DNA from: Deltaproteobacteria bacterium
GTDB lineage: Bacteria; Desulfobacterota; Desulfobaccia; Desulfobaccales; 0-14-0-80-60-11
Length of the DNA stretch: 64,000 nt
Direction: 5' to 3'
NCBI GenBank assembly: GCA_003599195.1
Contig: QZIZ01000075.1
Location: 7,705-71,704 of the forward strand
This document shows positions 9,837-18,862 of this stretch, piece by piece (positions within the stretch are counted from its first letter, which is position 1; every line of letters starts with the position of its first letter). A program made the position numbers and the translations under genes. Under the pieces are notes generated by a model. That model had not been told where the DNA came from, did no database searches, and saw only the letters and a program-made list of their open reading frames with translations.

Positions 9837-10094
9837 ATGGCCATGAAAAAAGAAGAAATGATCGAAGCCAAAAAGTTAAACCCGGTCCAGTTTCTGGCCA
9901 AGGTGCTGGAGGCGGAAAAACACACCGACCATATCTGCTGGGGATGCAAGTACCTGAAATGGGTGCCCAAAGGCTCCGGGTTCCCGCCCGCGGATATCAT
10001 CGGCTGGTGCAAAAAGATCCACTGGCCCCATTACTGGTCCATCTCCGAGATGGACGTCATCAAAAAGTGCTATGCCTTCGAAGCTAAATCTTGA
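9837..10094 (+). CDS. Small Cys/Trp-rich protein of unknown function (85 aa)
   Basis: RBS GGGAGGAG upstream. HICWGCKYLKW...GWCKKIHWPHYW. Confidence 0.55.
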   Translation: MAMKKEEMIEAKKLNPVQFLAKVLEAEKHTDHICWGCKYLKWVPKGSGFPPADIIGWCKKIHWPHYWSISEMDVIKKCYAFEAKS

Positions 10095-10383
10095 GGAAAC
10101 CCGCCGGCACGGGGTGGAGGAACTCGATACCCTGCGGGGCATGGTCCTGGCCTGGAGGAAAGATTACTTCCAGTCAGCGCCGCCCCAGGGAGGGGAAGAT
10201 TATCTCTTTCTCTGCGAGGATTTTTCCCAGGAGATCGAGGAACATATCTACCCCTATATCCGCCGGATGGTGTTGACCGATTACCTCGACCAGGCCCAGG
10301 CCGGGGAGTTTCTGGATTTTTGCTTCCGGCAGGTCCTGGAATTGAAAGGTTATCTGGACCTGGACAACGGATCCCCGGATTAA
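10072..10383 (+). CDS. Acidic hypothetical protein (about 80-103 aa, start uncertain)
   Basis: Tightly packed in the operon and overlaps the previous gene by 23 nt if the ATG at 10072 is used. No known motif. Confidence 0.45.
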   Translation: MPSKLNLEETRRHGVEELDTLRGMVLAWRKDYFQSAPPQGGEDYLFLCEDFSQEIEEHIYPYIRRMVLTDYLDQAQAGEFLDFCFRQVLELKGYLDLDNGSPD

Positions 10384-10438
10384 GGGGATCCGGTCATCAG
10401 TTGCTGCGATTCTTCTAGAGAACGATAGGAGGGTAAAC

Positions 10439-10906
10439 ATGCCCGAAAAATGCCGCTTGGGTGTTTGTGGCTTTGACCCCATGCTGGTCCGGGGTTATGT
10501 GAAGACCGGATTCAGGGCCTTGTGGTGGTATCTCCCCGACGAGATTTTCGCGGATTTTGACGTGCAGATCGGGGACAAGGTCAAGGGGACTCTGAATAAG
10601 GTGATCAACGGTAAAGAAGAAGTTACCGCCACTCCCAATGAACCTTTTGAATGGGTGACCAGCAAGGAGACGGGCTATGCCGTCCTGCTCCCTGCTGGTG
10701 TCATCACCAAGTATGAGCTCACGGAATTTCACTTTTTCGAACTGCAAATCGACCAGATCCTCCGGAAAGTGGGAGGCGGCCCCAGCGGCCGGGACCAGGA
10801 TGAATTCGAGGCAGTGGATGTCTATCCCGGGGAAACCAAGCAGCGCAAGTGGTGGCCTGACGGGAAGATGAAACTGAAATTCACCCTGCCCTACGCTGCG
10901 CCGTAA
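10439..10906 (+). CDS. Hypothetical protein (155 aa)
   Basis: ATG preceded by AGGAGGG. Clean ORF, last gene before a terminator. No recognised domain. Confidence 0.55.
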   Translation: MPEKCRLGVCGFDPMLVRGYVKTGFRALWWYLPDEIFADFDVQIGDKVKGTLNKVINGKEEVTATPNEPFEWVTSKETGYAVLLPAGVITKYELTEFHFFELQIDQILRKVGGGPSGRDQDEFEAVDVYPGETKQRKWWPDGKMKLKFTLPYAAP

Positions 10907-10928
10907 TTAACGCGCCCTTGCCGCATAC

Positions 10929-10974
10929 CCCTGGCCTCCTTCTCCTTCGAGGGAGGCCAGGAACTCTTTATTTT
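10929..10974 (+). terminator. Rho-independent terminator candidate ending the CoA-transferase operon
   Basis: CCTGGCCTCC-ttctccttcgag-GGAGGCCAGG followed by a T-rich tail (aactctttatttt). Confidence 0.5.
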
Positions 10975-11042
10975 CACAATTGCACTATTGACAATCCCGA
11001 TTTAGAACCGAACTTTACCTTATCGGGAGTGAGATTATTCCT

Positions 11043-12206
11043 ATGGATGAAATCAGCAATTACGAACTCCATACCCAGGAGAACTGGCAACCTCTGGCAG
11101 ACCTCCTGAAGATTAGCGACCCCTTGTTCGAGAAGACCTTTTTCCTCTTTGGGTATGACTTTTCCTGCAATATTTATCTTATCCAGGGAGATTATCTGTC
11201 TATTATCGACCCGGGAAACGATTACACCGCGTTTATGCAGCTCCTGGACCAGGGGTTCAAGCTCACGGATATCAAGAAGATCGCCCTGACCCACGGCCAT
11301 CCGGACCATGTGATGGGCGCCCTGGAATTATTCAGAGGATATCCCGGTTATCGGATTTCTGAAGTGGAGATTATTATGCACGCCGCCGGCCCCCAGCAAT
11401 ATAAGGAACTGGTAGAGTCCCTGGGCTGCCGGCTGACTGAGGTTAAAGGCGGGGAAAAGATCGATTTAAGCGGTTTTGAACTGGAAGTGATCCACACTCC
11501 CGGACACACCCTGGACGGGATTTCCTTTTTCCATGAACCGTCCCGGACCCTGTTCTCCGGAGACACCGTCTTGCCCCATGCCATGGCGGAAGTCGATTCC
11601 TCGGGCGGGGGCAGAATGGATCACTATCTTTACTCCCTGCGGACCCTGCGCAAGAGAGAGGTTCACCATGTCCTGCCCGGCCACGGCGGCCTGGTGGCCC
11701 ACCTGGGCCGGCAGGTGGTGGACGGGACCTTTGAGGGCCTCATCAAGAAGTTGGTGGGAGTGGAAACCCCCTTCACGGAAGGGGCCGTGACTCTGGCCCA
11801 GAAAGGTTTACTGGATGAGGCCCTGTTCTATACCCAAAAGGAACTTGCGGTCAGTCCCCATAATCCCCGGGCTTTGGAAATGGAAGCCTTCCTGCTGCTC
11901 GACCTGGGACGCAATGATGAGGCTAACGGCATTTTCGACCGGATTTTGCAGCAAGATCATCGCCATTTTCACGCCCTGCTGGGCAAAGGCAGAGCCCTGC
12001 TGGGCATGGGAGGATTTCCGGCCAGCCTCAAATTTTTTGACCAGGCCCTGGAAATTAATCCCCAGGACCAGGAAGCCCTGATAAATAAAGGCCTGGCCCT
12101 TTATCTCAGCGGCCGGCAGGATGAAGCCTTGGATATAGAGATATTCCAAAAGGAGTTTGCCCGGAGGGTAAAACAGGAATTTGCCAAAAGGCCAATGGCT
12201 CGATGA
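11043..12206 (+). CDS. Metallo-beta-lactamase-fold hydrolase fused to C-terminal TPR repeats
   Basis: HxHxDH motif in LTHGHPDHVMGA, downstream HTPGHT and LPGHG. The C-terminal 150 aa has TPR-like A/L/G periodicity (ALLGKGRALLGMGGFPASLKFFDQALEINPQDQEALINKGLALY). Confidence 0.85.
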   Translation: MDEISNYELHTQENWQPLADLLKISDPLFEKTFFLFGYDFSCNIYLIQGDYLSIIDPGNDYTAFMQLLDQGFKLTDIKKIALTHGHPDHVMGALELFRGYPGYRISEVEIIMHAAGPQQYKELVESLGCRLTEVKGGEKIDLSGFELEVIHTPGHTLDGISFFHEPSRTLFSGDTVLPHAMAEVDSSGGGRMDHYLYSLRTLRKREVHHVLPGHGGLVAHLGRQVVDGTFEGLIKKLVGVETPFTEGAVTLAQKGLLDEALFYTQKELAVSPHNPRALEMEAFLLLDLGRNDEANGIFDRILQQDHRHFHALLGKGRALLGMGGFPASLKFFDQALEINPQDQEALINKGLALYLSGRQDEALDIEIFQKEFARRVKQEFAKRPMAR

Positions 12207-12291
12207 TAAACCGGCGTACCCATTCTGTTCTGGATATTCAGCAGCAATATCCAACTGAGGACTTCAACCCGGAAAGGGACGGAACGCAATC

Positions 12292-12540
12292 ATGGGAAAA
12301 ATACTTCGGCTGGACCGGGAAAAAGAAGCCATTGAAAAAGCTCTTCAGGTTCTGAGCTCCTCGCCGGTGGAACAGATCGTGGTCGCCGTCAAGTTTTCCG
12401 ACCGTTCGGAAGAAGTCTTTTTTTACGGAAATCCCAAGGAAATTATCCAATTATTAGCTTTGGCCCAGTTTCAGATAGGGTTTCGCTTCCCCTTGGGCGT
12501 GTGGGACAGGGTCGAAGAGAAAGACAGGGATCAAGATTGA
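12292..12540 (+). CDS. Hypothetical small protein (82 aa)
   Basis: ORF only. Its stop overlaps a possible TTG/GTG start of the next ORF. Confidence 0.35.
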   Translation: MGKILRLDREKEAIEKALQVLSSSPVEQIVVAVKFSDRSEEVFFYGNPKEIIQLLALAQFQIGFRFPLGVWDRVEEKDRDQD

Positions 12541-12788
12541 CCTGGTTTGCGGCCTTCCGATGCCTGGATTGTGAGCACTTCTGGCGGGAACCGTCCCCGG
12601 AGGATGCCTGGGAGATGGCCAGAGAGGTGGCCGCCGCGGCCGTTTGCCCGCTGTGCGGCGCTAAGATGAGAGACGGCCGGGTGGAACTGCTGAGTCACGC
12701 GGAATCGAATCTCGCAGTCATCAGCGCCACCACCCATAACTTTTCTCCAGCCGATAATTCTCTCCCAAGAAAACCAAAAGGGCGATAA
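12501..12788 (+). CDS. Small zinc-ribbon protein (start uncertain: GTG 12501 or TTG 12537)
   Basis: CLDCEHFW...CPLCGAKM (CxxC-N-CxxC). Confidence 0.4.
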   Translation: MGQGRRERQGSRLTWFAAFRCLDCEHFWREPSPEDAWEMAREVAAAAVCPLCGAKMRDGRVELLSHAESNLAVISATTHNFSPADNSLPRKPKGR

Positions 12789-13165
12789 CCCTACGGCTTA
12801 AGGGTTGGTTAAAGGGTCGATTACCGAACATAATAATGATAAAAAGAGTCGGAAATCAAACAAGAACATCCCTGCATACCATTTTTTATCTTTTAATTAT
12901 AGTTAGTTATACTATTTTATAATTGGCTTGTTCTTTGCATCAAACCTAAAGCGTAAGAGAAAAAGTCATCGGACGCTTTTTCCTCCTTACGTGCAGCTTT
13001 CACGTTTAAGGCCCCACGGACGATTCCCCGTGGGGTCTTTGCTTTGTATCGGCACGAATTTGAAGCCGCTTGCCCTTCAACACCCCCGATTTTTGAGCTT
13101 ATGCGTGATAACTCAAAAACAGCCTGAATGTTTTTCTCATAAGAAAGGCGCATACGGGAATAAAT

Positions 13166-13570
13166 TTGATCCATCAAGATAAATCTTCGCCCATCTTATT
13201 GTTAATTTCAGACCATAACACGCGCAATTGTTTATGGAATCTACTCTCGGAAAACGAACTTTCACCTCGGTTGATGGGCGATCAGAAAGAGTTGTTGCGG
13301 GAACTCAAAAAGAGCCGGTGCGCCACGGTTCTGATCGATTGTAGCGCGGTCAGCGATTATGGAGCGGGAATAATATCGAAGATTAAAGTAGTCTGCCGGC
13401 ATAGCCGCATTATCGTTTTCTGTGATAAAGCGCACCTTGTTGATAGTCACCATAGAGGGATCATCAAGGAAATTTTAGCAATCGGCGTTTATGCCTGTGT
13501 TATGGCCCCTTACAAAGGATGGGAAGTCATCAGTCTGGCCGGCTATTATTCCCATCCGGAGAGAAAGTAA
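13166..13570 (+). CDS. Receiver (REC)-like single-domain protein, divergent
   Basis: ILLLISD...TVLIDCS...IIVFCDK layout resembles the CheY-like beta-alpha pattern. Convergent with the hybrid kinase gene. Confidence 0.45.
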   Translation: MIHQDKSSPILLLISDHNTRNCLWNLLSENELSPRLMGDQKELLRELKKSRCATVLIDCSAVSDYGAGIISKIKVVCRHSRIIVFCDKAHLVDSHHRGIIKEILAIGVYACVMAPYKGWEVISLAGYYSHPERK

Positions 13571-13581
13571 AACCTGAGTAG

Positions 13582-16215
13582 TTATTTCGATCCAAAAACC
13601 CGATTTAGAGTCGCCTGCAAATTTGCCATCGTATAGGGCTTCTGGACGAATCCCGCCAGCCGTTGAGCGGCGAACCGCGGGGCTACATCTTCTTCGTTAT
13701 AGCCGCTGGACAAAATCACGCAGACATCGTTTTTAAGGCGCCACAATTCCTGGAACACTTCATCGCCGGCCATCTCGGGCATGGTGAGGTCAAGGAGGAC
13801 GCAATCGATTTCGTCTTTCCGCTTCCGGAAAATCTCCACTCCCTCCAGACCGTGAGCAGCAGTCAGGACTTTTAAGCCCAACCGCTCAAGCATTTTCGCT
13901 CCCACCTGCCGTACTGAGGGGTCGTCATCAACCAAGAGGATGGTACCGTTGCAGGGGATGGAAGAGCTCGGTACTGAATCCGGAGTCCGTTCCGCCGGCA
14001 TCCGGGCCGCGGCGGGCAAAAGGATCCTGAAAATGGAACCTTGGCCCGGCGTGCTGGAGACCTTGATAGCTCCCTGATGGCCCCGGACGATACCGAGCAC
14101 CGCTGCCAGGCCGAGCCCCCGTCCCGTAAATTTGGTGGTGAAGAAGGGGTCAAAGATCCGGCGCCTGGTTTCCTCATCCATCCCGGCTCCTGTATCAGCT
14201 ACCTCCAAGTAAACGTATTTTCCTTCAGGAAGCTTGTCATCCACGTAACTTTCGGCAAGATAGTTCCGGTCGCACTCCATAACCCCGGTGGCTACTGAGA
14301 TATCCCCCCTGCGGTCCCCCATGGCCTCGGAGGCGTTGGTGATCAGGTTCATAATGATCTGACGCATCTGCGTTGCGTCCACTTCCACCGGCGGGAGTTC
14401 TGGCGCGAAGGAATAGCGCAGCGCAGCTTTTTTGGAAACTGAAACAGCCAACATCTGGGCCATCTCCCTGACAAGTTGCGAGAGGTCATACCGGCCTACC
14501 GTGAACCGCCCCTTTCCGGAATAAGCCAACATCTGGCGGCATAGGTCTGCGGCCCGTAGCGAGGCCCGGGTGATCTCCTCCACATTTGGGCGGGCCGGTG
14601 ACTCGGGTGACAAGGTGAGCAGCGCCAGGTCTGCATTTCCCAATATGGCCATAAGCAGGTTGTTGAAATCATGGGCAATACCGCCGGCGAGCACCCCTAG
14701 GCTTTCAAGCTTCTGGACTTCCTGCATCTGGGCCTCCAGCCTGAGCCGTTCTTCCTCCGCCCGGCGGCGCTCGGAAATATCTCTGGCGACAAACACCGAT
14801 CCCAGGAACTCTCCCTCCTGGCTTTTCAGGGGCGACGCAGCCACCAGAAAATCCTGGCCCAGTTCTTTCTGGAGAAACTCCTGGATCAGCACCAGGTTAT
14901 TCTCAAGTCCCGGTTGCTGATAGGAAGATAGGGGCGGCGGCGCCAAGTCCGGAAACAGGTGATGGTAGTTTAATCCCGGAGTTTCCTGGACTTTTAGCCC
15001 AAGTCTTTCTGCCATAGCCTGGTTGATTTTTACAATTTTATTCTGATCGTCAATGATGGCGATAAGGTCGGGGACGGTATTGAAGGTGCGCTCCCAGTCG
15101 TTGCTGGCTCTTCTCAAAGATATTAAAGTGTTCTGCAGCTTTTGAGAAATATCATGGAAGGCCTTGGCCAATTCGCCGATTTCGTCACTGCTGCGAAAAT
15201 CTCCCAGCTCATGCTGAATTTTGCCGCTGGTTTCATGTGGGGCGGTTTCCAATGAAAAGACCCTCTGCCGCAACCAAACCAGGGGGCGGGTTATGCGGCG
15301 GACGGCAATGATCCCCACGCCTACTGAAGCAATGACTGCGGCAAGAATGCCGGCAAACAGGTTTCTTCGAGCTTCAGAGATAGGAGCGTAAGCCTCGCTC
15401 TGAAGCTGCTGGGAGCCGATAATCCAGTCGGTCCCCGGAATACGCTTAAAGGCCGAGAGCATGGGTACTCCCCGGGAGTTAACCGTTTCTCCGACGCCTT
15501 CAAAACCCTCCAAGGCCGCATCAAAAAGCCGGTTAGCCCCCAGGGGAACATCCCTTTTCAACACTCTCGCGTCCTCCGGATGAAGGATCATCAGCCTGGA
15601 GTGGTCGTAGACAAAGACGTAACCGGACTTTCCGATCCTTATCTTTCTGATGCCTTCCAAGGCGTTGGGAGACAATATCTGTACCGAGCAGCCCAAAACT
15701 CCCAACACCTGATTTGCGGAGCCCCGCAGCAAGGCCGTGAAAGTGAGCACCGGTTGGCCGGTTCTTTTCGAGATGTAGGGAACGCCTATTATGCCTTTCT
15801 TTTCTTTTATCGTCCTTTGGAAGTACTCCCGGAAGGAAACGTCCGCCCCCCTTACTTCAGGAAATGAGGGGTAATCCACCCAAACGCGGCCTTTTTTATC
15901 CAACAAAAACATGCCGTTTTCAAACTTCGGGAAAGTTTCCACCAAGGTGCGCAAACGGTTTTCTAACGTCGGGATGTCATTTTTTTCCAAAGCCGGCACC
16001 GGCAAGGCCAGAGCCGCAACTTGGGCGTCATTCAAAGAATCTTCTATGAACCTGGCGATGGAATCGGAGGTGCTTTGGGCCACCGCGTCAACGCCGGATA
16101 ATATTGAGTTCTTCAGAGATTGCTGGAGAAATTGAAGATAAAAAAACCCGGTGACTCCAAGGGTTAGAGAGATGATGGCCGCAAGCAGGAGTGATGTCTT
16201 GGTTCTTAGGGTCAT
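13582..16215 (-). CDS. Hybrid sensor histidine kinase (periplasmic Cache-like, HAMP, PAS, HisKA, HATPase, C-terminal receiver)
   Basis: N-terminal TM, a large extracytoplasmic segment, then a second TM. H-box GGIAHDFNNLL, G-boxes DTGAGM and GRGLGLA, C-terminal ILLVDDD...LLDLTMPEM receiver. Confidence 0.9.
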   Translation of the reverse strand: MTLRTKTSLLLAAIISLTLGVTGFFYLQFLQQSLKNSILSGVDAVAQSTSDSIARFIEDSLNDAQVAALALPVPALEKNDIPTLENRLRTLVETFPKFENGMFLLDKKGRVWVDYPSFPEVRGADVSFREYFQRTIKEKKGIIGVPYISKRTGQPVLTFTALLRGSANQVLGVLGCSVQILSPNALEGIRKIRIGKSGYVFVYDHSRLMILHPEDARVLKRDVPLGANRLFDAALEGFEGVGETVNSRGVPMLSAFKRIPGTDWIIGSQQLQSEAYAPISEARRNLFAGILAAVIASVGVGIIAVRRITRPLVWLRQRVFSLETAPHETSGKIQHELGDFRSSDEIGELAKAFHDISQKLQNTLISLRRASNDWERTFNTVPDLIAIIDDQNKIVKINQAMAERLGLKVQETPGLNYHHLFPDLAPPPLSSYQQPGLENNLVLIQEFLQKELGQDFLVAASPLKSQEGEFLGSVFVARDISERRRAEEERLRLEAQMQEVQKLESLGVLAGGIAHDFNNLLMAILGNADLALLTLSPESPARPNVEEITRASLRAADLCRQMLAYSGKGRFTVGRYDLSQLVREMAQMLAVSVSKKAALRYSFAPELPPVEVDATQMRQIIMNLITNASEAMGDRRGDISVATGVMECDRNYLAESYVDDKLPEGKYVYLEVADTGAGMDEETRRRIFDPFFTTKFTGRGLGLAAVLGIVRGHQGAIKVSSTPGQGSIFRILLPAAARMPAERTPDSVPSSSIPCNGTILLVDDDPSVRQVGAKMLERLGLKVLTAAHGLEGVEIFRKRKDEIDCVLLDLTMPEMAGDEVFQELWRLKNDVCVILSSGYNEEDVAPRFAAQRLAGFVQKPYTMANLQATLNRVFGSK

Positions 16216-16775
16216 TGCCGGTGTCTAGAATCTAATTCTTTGCTGAAGCTTTGCCTTCAGGTCTTCAAGGTCTCTTTCTAAAATGATTTTGGACCTCTTA
16301 TCTATTTAAATCGACAGAATCTTTTCTTTTCAAAAGGTATCTGAACCATTTTATTATATCTAATATTTTTAAATTTTAGACCATCAAATCGCCCACTTTC
16401 AGGATAAATCGTTACAGACTACTGGCCATTGCCGCGCTGATCTGTGGCGCGGGTATCTACCTGGTTTATCAGGCGCCGTTCATCTTTCGGAAGCGGCCTT
16501 CCAGGCGGTCCTCGCCGGCGGCCTGGCCCGGGGCGCCCGGCGCATCGAGCAGGGCGGCTGGAGGGGCAGCGTCTTCAAGGCGACCTGGATTCCCTTTGCC
16601 CTCACCTTCTTGCTGTCGCTCCTGGCCGACTGGCTCATCCACCATTTCTTCCCCGGTGTGACCCGCATTTCGGAACTATTCGCCCAATTGAGGAAATGAA
16701 GTTAACAAAAATGCCTTTTCTCATATCTCCTATGTTAAGATCATAGCAGTCATTCAATACCCTGCAGAAGCCCGG

Positions 16776-16856
16776 CCCCCCTCACCCCAGCCCTCTCCCC
16801 CCGCCAATCCACGGCAGGGGGAAAAGATAGCCATGGGGCGGGGGAGAGGGAGTAAG
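16776..16856. repeat. CCCTCTCCC/GGGAGAGGG hairpin-element copy
   Basis: CCCCCCTCACCCCAGCCCTCTCCCCCC...GGGGCGGGGGAGAGGGAG. Same motif set as 28594-28738, 31627-31821, 54876-54918 and 59489-59530. Confidence 0.8.
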
Positions 16857-16877
16857 TCGCCGGCATGTCATGGATTT

Positions 16878-16905
16878 TACTGACCACTGGCCACTGACAA
16901 CTTTT
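16878..16905. repeat. Heptamer tandem array (YACTGRC type)
   Basis: TACTGAC CACTGGC CACTGAC AACTTTT. Confidence 0.85.
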
Positions 16906-16957
16906 CATGAAGCAGCAGCATAAAAATATGAATAAATCAGGAAATATCTCCATACAC

Positions 16958-17467
16958 ATGAAACCTTTTAATCTTCCCTGTCTCCTGCTCCTCCCGGCCC
17001 TGCTCCTCTGCGGCTGCGCCGCCGGGACGGAATCGCAATCCGACGCCGAGCGCCAGGCCTTTTTTGCCGCGGCCCAGCAGGCCAACCTCCAGGGGCTGAC
17101 CTGCATGAACCCCAGGCAATACGTCGACCTTTCCGGCTATGCCCCTTACCTGGGGGTCAAATATCCGCCCACCCAATCCGTGGAAGTCCTCACCAAACCG
17201 CCGTCTAAGCCCCACCAAGCCTTTGCCTTTCTGCAATGCGCCGGCCCCGCCGCGGTCCAGCCTTCCGGGACCCTGGAGCCCGCGGTCCTGAGCGAATTAA
17301 CCAAACAGGCCAAGGCCATCGGCGCCGACGCCATCATTGTCAGGAGCGGCCGGGACCATACTAACCAAACAAACGGCGGGGCCGATAAGGTGGAAGCCGT
17401 GGCCATCAAGTACCGCCTGGAAAACCTGGAGAAAAAAAGGGAGAGCCTTGGACCAAACCTTAAATGA
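16958..17467 (+). CDS. Lipoprotein, unknown function
   Basis: MKPFNLPCLLLLPALLLCGCAAG contains a lipobox (LLCGC). The track start at 16907 is probably too early. Confidence 0.6.
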   Translation: MKPFNLPCLLLLPALLLCGCAAGTESQSDAERQAFFAAAQQANLQGLTCMNPRQYVDLSGYAPYLGVKYPPTQSVEVLTKPPSKPHQAFAFLQCAGPAAVQPSGTLEPAVLSELTKQAKAIGADAIIVRSGRDHTNQTNGGADKVEAVAIKYRLENLEKKRESLGPNLK

Positions 17468-17476
17468 ATATTAAAT

Positions 17477-17562
17477 CTCACGCAAAGACGCCAAGTCGCA
17501 AAGAAAGGCGCAAGAAATGTTAATAAATCCTTACGCCTCTGCGTCCTCTGCGTCTCTGCGAG
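17477..17562. repeat. RCARAG-arm palindromic element (imperfect)
   Basis: Left arm CTCACGCAAAGACGCCAAGTCGCAAAGAAAGGCGCAAG, right arm CTTACGCCTCTGCGTCCTCTGCGTCTCTGCGAG. The arms are complementary apart from A/G differences. Confidence 0.8.
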
Positions 17563-17580
17563 AAATTATTCTTTGGTTTT

Positions 17581-17615
17581 TACTGGCCACTGGCCACTGG
17601 CCACTGACCACTTTT
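17581..17615. repeat. Heptamer tandem array (CACTGGC type, 5 units) just 5' of the nth RBS
   Basis: TACTGGC CACTGGC CACTGGC CACTGAC CACTTTT. Confidence 0.9.
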
Positions 17616-17631
17616 CTTCTCAGGAGGCCCT

Positions 17632-18279
17632 ATGACCCCCGAGGAAAAAATCGGGCCGGTGCTGAAAATCCTGGATGAGCATTACCCGGACGCCCACGTC
17701 ACCCTGGATTTCACCAACCCCCTGGAGTTGCTGGTGGCCACCGTCTTGTCGGCCCAATGCACCGACGTCCGGGTCAACAAGGAAACCCCAGCCGTCTTCA
17801 AGAAATACCCCGATGCCGCGGCCTATGCCGCCGCGCCCCTGGCGGAGCTGGAGGCGGCCTTTCATCCCACCGGTTTTTTCCGGCAGAAGGCCAAGAGCGT
17901 TCAGGGGATTTGTAAAGCCCTGATGGAGCAGCATGGCGGCCAAGTGCCCGCGTCTTTGGAAGAGTTGGTCAAACTTCCCGGCATCGGCCGCAAGACCGCC
18001 AACGTCATTTTGGGGAACGCCTTCGGCATTCCCGGCATCGTGGTGGACACCCACATGGGCCGGGTCTCCCAGCGCATCGGCCTCACCACCAACCAAGACC
18101 CGGTGAAGATCGAATTCGACCTCATGCCCCTGGTGCCTCAAGAGCGTTGGATCAAATTCTCCCATCAAATGATCTGGCACGGCCGCGCCATCTGCACGGC
18201 CAAGAAACCGCAATGCCCCGTCTGCCCGATTCTGCCGTACTGCGACTACGGCCAACAGGCGGTCTCCGGGGGGCGTTGA
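17632..18279 (+). CDS. nth: Endonuclease III (DNA glycosylase/AP lyase)
   Basis: HhH-GPD motif LVKLPGIGRKTANVILGNAFG and C-terminal 4Fe-4S cluster CTAKKPQCPVCPILPYC. Confidence 0.92.
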   Translation: MTPEEKIGPVLKILDEHYPDAHVTLDFTNPLELLVATVLSAQCTDVRVNKETPAVFKKYPDAAAYAAAPLAELEAAFHPTGFFRQKAKSVQGICKALMEQHGGQVPASLEELVKLPGIGRKTANVILGNAFGIPGIVVDTHMGRVSQRIGLTTNQDPVKIEFDLMPLVPQERWIKFSHQMIWHGRAICTAKKPQCPVCPILPYCDYGQQAVSGGR

Positions 18280-18339
18280 CACTCACTTAAATTCATGGCA
18301 TAAGACAGGGCAATATCGCCCGGAAAAGGGGGAGCGTAA

Positions 18340-18759
18340 ATGATGCTAAAAGATTTGCGGGTAAAGCTGGCGGGACTGCTGGTGGGGCTGCTTTTCATCT
18401 CGGCTTGTGTGCCCATGCTGCTCCTGAGCGCCGGGGGCATGGCCGCCATCGGCACCTATAAATGGGTCGAAGGCACCATGGAGAAGGATTATCCCCGGCC
18501 CATGCAGGAGGTGTGGAACGCCTGCCTGCTGGCCTGCAACGACTTGAAGCTCAAGGTCGCGGGCCAGCAATACGGCCCCTTGGAGTCGAAAATCGAGGCG
18601 GTGCAGCCGCCGGACACCACCGTGAAGATTCAGCTTATCGGCCGGCCCAACCAGATCACCACCGTCAAGGTGCGCTTCGGCATGATGGGCAACCAGGACA
18701 ACTCCGCCTATTTCAACCGCCGGGTCATGCACCACCTGGGGATGCAGCCGGACGCTTAA
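18340..18759 (+). CDS. Putative lipoprotein (DUF3568-like by recollection)
   Basis: Signal/lipobox-like LLFISAC. The remainder is of unknown function. Confidence 0.5.
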   Translation: MMLKDLRVKLAGLLVGLLFISACVPMLLLSAGGMAAIGTYKWVEGTMEKDYPRPMQEVWNACLLACNDLKLKVAGQQYGPLESKIEAVQPPDTTVKIQLIGRPNQITTVKVRFGMMGNQDNSAYFNRRVMHHLGMQPDA

Positions 18760-18795
18760 GGGCTGCTGCGGATAACCATATTAAATCAGGAGATC

Positions 18796-18826
18796 AGGCC
18801 GGGAGCATGGCTTCCGGCCTTTTTTT
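18796..18826 (+). terminator. Rho-independent terminator candidate
   Basis: AGGCCGGGAGC-atg-GCTTCCGGCCT (one mismatch) followed by TTTTTT. Confidence 0.55.
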
Positions 18827-18862
18827 GCCAATTTTCTCTTTCTATGTTAATAAACTTTGTAA

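Noticed and set aside
10987-11015. TTGACA at 10987-10992 as the promoter for the MBL-TPR gene
   Set aside because: No acceptable -10 hexamer lies at 16-18 nt spacing (AACTTT or GAACTT).
16444-16746. 100-aa plus-strand ORF and its antisense partner 16480-16668
   Set aside because: The translation is Arg/Pro/Gly-rich with no RBS. Other frames of the same DNA look more protein-like (see the remnant finding).
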